A DNA stretch of 64,000 nt from the NCBI GenBank assembly GCA_021733795.1, contig JAIPKB010000004.1:1516-65515 (forward strand). The letters are read 5' to 3'. The stretch is from Akkermansiaceae bacterium. GTDB lineage: Bacteria; Verrucomicrobiota; Verrucomicrobiia; Verrucomicrobiales; Akkermansiaceae. A program made the translations under genes and the position numbers. Of this stretch, positions 60,636 through 64,000 are shown piece by piece; within the stretch, counting starts at the first letter, position 1, and every line of letters starts with the position of its first letter. A model generated the notes under the pieces. It did no database searches. It was given only the letters and a program-made list of their open reading frames with translations, and was not told the DNA's origin.

Positions 60636-60974
60636 ATGAACCGGAAACCTATGCTCGTCCTGCTTGCTGCGCTGGCAGCAACCCACATGACCGTCGCCGC
60701 TGACGACAAAGACAAACCCGCGGCCAAACCCGAGGCAGACCACGCGTGGCAGGCGCTGTTCGACGGCAAGACTCTGAAAGGCTGGAAAGAAGCCGATTTT
60801 GGCACCAAGGGGAATATCACCGCTTGGATCGACGACAAACAGGTCATCGAGCAGGAACTGGCCGAGCACAGAATCTCCATCCGCATGGAGATCCAGCCAT
60901 GCGTTCCGCTCGGCATCTCCACCTGGTATACCGGCTCCGCCATCCGCAACATCCGCCTCCGCAAACTCGACTAA
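60636..60974 (+). pseudogene. DUF1080-like protein with an in-frame internal deletion
   Basis: Signal peptide, WQALFDGKTLKGW joined almost directly to ITAWIDDK...PLGISTW...IRNIRLRKL; only 112 aa. Confidence 0.7.
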
Positions 60975-61019
60975 CCCGGCCGGCAGACTCTTGGCGGGGT
61001 TAGGGACTCAATCCAGCTC

Positions 61020-61724
61020 ATGCAGACGGCTCATCGATCAATCGTGGTGCTCACCGGTGCCGGGATTTCGGCAGAGTCCGGGTTGGCGACTTTCCGCGAC
61101 AAGGATGGCCTGTGGGAGGGACACCGGGTGGAGGATGTGGCCTGTCCGGAAGCCTTCGCGCGCGATCCGGCGCGGGTCCAGCGGTTCTACAACCTCCGGC
61201 GCGCGGGCTTGCAGACGGTGGAGCCGAACGCAGCCCACCTCGCGCTTGCCCGTCTGCAGCGCGACTACCCGGGCGAGGTGACCTTGCTGACCCAGAACGT
61301 CGATGACCTGCACGAACGTGCCGGGTCGCAAGGAGTGATCCACATGCACGGCGAACTGCTCAAGGTGTTTTGCGGACGCTGCGGTTGGAAACGCGGGTGG
61401 CAGGGCGATCTCACCGGCTCGGATCCCTGTCCCAGCTGCGAGCGGACCCACACCCTGCGGCCGGACATCGTCTGGTTCGGGGAAATTCCGTATCGCATGG
61501 ATGAAATCGAAGATGTCCTGATGCGGGCGGAGGTGTTTGCGGCCATCGGCACCTCCGGGCACGTTTATCCGGCGGCGGGTTTCGTCAGCCTCGCGCGGTT
61601 TCACGGTGCCGCGACCATCGAGATCAACGCCCAAGGTACCCAGGTGTCCGGCCAGTTCGACCGCCACCTGGTGGGCCCGGCCACCGTGGAGGTCGCCCGG
61701 TGGGTGGAGGAATGCCTGGGGTGA
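61020..61724 (+). CDS. cobB: NAD-dependent protein deacylase (sirtuin)
   Basis: LTGAGISAESG, TQNVDDLH, HMHG, two CxxC, RPDIVWFGE, IGTSG.VYPAA motifs. Confidence 0.95.
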   Translation: MQTAHRSIVVLTGAGISAESGLATFRDKDGLWEGHRVEDVACPEAFARDPARVQRFYNLRRAGLQTVEPNAAHLALARLQRDYPGEVTLLTQNVDDLHERAGSQGVIHMHGELLKVFCGRCGWKRGWQGDLTGSDPCPSCERTHTLRPDIVWFGEIPYRMDEIEDVLMRAEVFAAIGTSGHVYPAAGFVSLARFHGAATIEINAQGTQVSGQFDRHLVGPATVEVARWVEECLG

Positions 61725-61731
61725 GGAGCGG

Positions 61732-62277
61732 CTACAAGGCGCTCAACGCCTCGTAGAGCCAGACCTTCGCCACCGTCCAGTGACGCCGGACCGTTGTCTC
61801 GCTCACTTCCAGCAGGGCCGCGATCTCGTCATGTTTCATCCCGCTGAAGAAACGCAGTTTTACGATGTTAGCCTTCATTTCGTCCACCTCCGCGAGCTGG
61901 TCGAGAACCTCGTGGACCCCGAGCAGCCGTTCATCAGCCGTGGGCGCGGACAAGTCGATCCCGCTCAACGGCACGCAGGCCTCTCCACCGCCCCGTTTCG
62001 CGGCGATCCGGCGCCGGGCGGCCTCGACGAGGATGCGACGCATCGCCTCGGCGGCGGCGGCGTAGAATTGTTTCCGGTCCCGCCACTGCTCGGGAGCGGA
62101 TTTCTGGAGGCGCAGCCATGCCTCGTGGACCAGCGCGGTGGCATTGAGGCTCTGATCCTGGCGCTCGACCGCCATCCGCCCGGCCGCGATGTTTTTCAAC
62201 TCGCCATACAGGCCGGCGAACAGTTCATCGGCGCTCGAATCGGTGGAGGCATTGAGCCAGCGGGTGAAGTCGGGCAC
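61732..62277 (-). CDS. ECF-type sigma factor (PVC kinase-associated type)
   Basis: LYGELKNIA, ATALVHEAWLRL, AAEAMRRILVE.ARR..A.KRGG, VKLRFF.G, TVRRHW..AK.WL. Start assumed at GTG 62277. Confidence 0.88.
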   Translation of the reverse strand: MPDFTRWLNASTDSSADELFAGLYGELKNIAAGRMAVERQDQSLNATALVHEAWLRLQKSAPEQWRDRKQFYAAAAEAMRRILVEAARRRIAAKRGGGEACVPLSGIDLSAPTADERLLGVHEVLDQLAEVDEMKANIVKLRFFSGMKHDEIAALLEVSETTVRRHWTVAKVWLYEALSAL

Positions 62278-62324
62278 GGGCGGGATTGGTGAGGGTGATC
62301 GATTGGTTTGCCGGCGGGAGGGGG

Positions 62325-63260
62325 TCAGGAATGGCCTCCGTCCAGGAAAGCCGGATCCCGCTCCAGGGCATAGACCTCCACCAACTGATCGCGGCCTTTC
62401 ACCGGATGCGCCCCAAGGCTGCGACAGCAGGCCAAGCACTGGTCCCAACCGCTGAGCAGATCGGCACTCAAAAGCACATGTTGATCCAACTTCCGGGTCA
62501 GGGCTTCGAGCCGGAACGCTAGATTCACGGTATCGCCCAGCAGGGTGAACTCCCTGGAACTGAATGCCCCGTAGGCCGCCGGGCCCATGTGCACGGCGGC
62601 ACCGGAGCCGAAGCTCAGCCCGGTGGGTTCGAGGACCCGGCGGTGCTCGTGCCGCACCTCGTCGCAGGCCCGCCGCATCTCATGGGCTGCCTTGAGCGCC
62701 GACAAGCGGCTCGCCAGCGAAGTACCCAGCCAGTAGGCGAGCACGCAATCGCCGATGAACTTGTCGAGGGTGGCGCCGTGGCATTCGAGAATCGCCTCGG
62801 TCCGCGCATACCAGGAACCGATGATCGGGGCGAGCTGGTCCGGTGTGAGCCGTTCGGAGATGGTGGTGAACCCTTGAATATCGCTGACCAACAGTACGAC
62901 ATTGCGTGATTGGACATCGGCGATCGTCCGCTCGGCCAGGGCGGTTTCGCCGCGGGCCGAGCCCTCGGGGGCCGTGCCTTTGAAGCGGAAATGATGGTCG
63001 GCGATCTGGATCATATCCCCCGTCGCCAACAGCTGCGAGGTGGTGACCCGCCTGCCATTGATGTGGCTGCCATTGATGCTGCCGAGGTCGAAAAACCAGA
63101 ACCCATCGTCCTGCCGGCGGATCATCGCGTGGCGGCGTGAGACCCGCGGATCCAGGACCGGCACACCCGAATCGCGGCTGCGCCCGATTGAGGTCACCTC
63201 GCTCAAGGCGAACACCCCCCCGGACGAATCGTCGTGGAGCGTAGCAAATAGAGGTTGCAT
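62325..63260 (-). CDS. FHA domain plus class III adenylate/guanylate cyclase
   Basis: IGR, VSRRHA, DLGSING (FHA); SDIQGFT, DKFIGD, GDTVNLAFRL (cyclase). Confidence 0.9.
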   Translation of the reverse strand: MQPLFATLHDDSSGGVFALSEVTSIGRSRDSGVPVLDPRVSRRHAMIRRQDDGFWFFDLGSINGSHINGRRVTTSQLLATGDMIQIADHHFRFKGTAPEGSARGETALAERTIADVQSRNVVLLVSDIQGFTTISERLTPDQLAPIIGSWYARTEAILECHGATLDKFIGDCVLAYWLGTSLASRLSALKAAHEMRRACDEVRHEHRRVLEPTGLSFGSGAAVHMGPAAYGAFSSREFTLLGDTVNLAFRLEALTRKLDQHVLLSADLLSGWDQCLACCRSLGAHPVKGRDQLVEVYALERDPAFLDGGHS

Positions 63261-63498
63261 CAGGTTGCCAGTAGGATTTGCATTGCCGTGCTCATGGGTT
63301 GTTGGAGTGGCCACCTCCCTCCACCTTGGCGGAGCATAACCTCGGATCCCGCCCCGTCAACGTCGAATGACAACAGAAAAACGCCTGGTTGGAAATCCGG
63401 CGGTGGTGAAATTCTTCGATTCGCGGCTTGCCCGAGCCCATCGGATTCGCTTCAATGGGTTCGTCCGCAGCGCGGATGCAAACCACGAGCCTACTTCC

Positions 63499-63996
63499 AT
63501 GAACGAATCCACCTCACCGCTTCCAGAACTGCCCGCCGTTGGCTTCCTTGCGGAGGTTCCGACAGAACACCGTGCCTTCCTCACTTCTTTCGGCAAATTC
63601 CGCCGACCGCACAGCGGCGAGGTGTTCATCGTCGAGGGCAGCCCTCAAGACACGCTCAGCCTGGTGCTTGCCGGCACTCTTCACGTCGTTGTCAATGCCG
63701 ATGACCGCCCCATGCTCCTCGCCACCGTCGGTGAAGGGGACTCGCTGGGTGAAATCAACTTGTTCGACCCCGCCAGCGCCAGCGCCACGGTCATCGCCCG
63801 CTGCGACTGCCTCATCTGGTCAGTCACCCGTGATGAAATCGACGGGTTGATCGAGGCGGACCCGGCAGCCGGGCTGAGCGTGATGACGGGTTTGCTGCAG
63901 CAACTTTCCCGCCGGATCCGGGCGATGAACGAGAAATTGGCGACCGCCGAACAAAAGTCATCCTTGCACGACATCTGGAGCACCAGAAAGCCGTGA
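63499..63996 (+). CDS. Stand-alone cyclic nucleotide-binding domain protein
   Basis: FIVEG...LSLVLAG.L.V, GEGDSLGEINLFD...ASATV; no HTH follows. Confidence 0.85.
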   Translation: MNESTSPLPELPAVGFLAEVPTEHRAFLTSFGKFRRPHSGEVFIVEGSPQDTLSLVLAGTLHVVVNADDRPMLLATVGEGDSLGEINLFDPASASATVIARCDCLIWSVTRDEIDGLIEADPAAGLSVMTGLLQQLSRRIRAMNEKLATAEQKSSLHDIWSTRKP

Positions 63997-64000
63997 CCTT

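Noticed and set aside
61020-61724. Sirtuin as an anti-phage (Thoeris/DSR-type) effector
   Set aside because: It is a canonical Zn-binding CobB-type deacylase with no defence partners nearby.

Overview
High-GC bacterial chromosome window, most likely Verrucomicrobiota (inferred from gene content, PVC-type REP palindromes, an ECF sigma/Ser-Thr kinase remnant and the C-terminal domains of the surface proteins). The left part (1-36 kb) is mostly core or semi-core. It holds a divergent pair of CbcL-like multiheme c / b-type cytochrome fusions (11 and 9 CxxCH), dapF-dapA-aminotransferase, a 6S RNA, an ExbB/ExbD/TonB-like operon and an FG-GAP surface protein. It also holds a glycan locus (glf, fcl, gmd, an unusual nucleotidyltransferase-GHMP kinase fusion, WecB/TagA, cysC), a GlnD homologue lacking the HD motif, panB, tRNA-Glu, ilvA and tRNA-Ile2(CAT). 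Right of the tRNA (36-61 kb) is a plastic, decaying region. It contains a signal-peptide-bearing tandem Hsp20 with an orphan Hsp20 N-terminal peptide, an AmmeMemoRadiSam pair, and a 1611-aa surface protein gene split by an intact 2386-bp IS (20-bp perfect IRs, 5-bp TSD, probable -1 frameshift). It also contains a diverged ~490-bp duplication, a DUF3142 operon with a pseudo-protease and several gene fragments. The window ends with cobB, an ECF sigma factor, an FHA-adenylate cyclase and a cNMP-binding protein. All calls come from reading motifs by eye; no searches were run.
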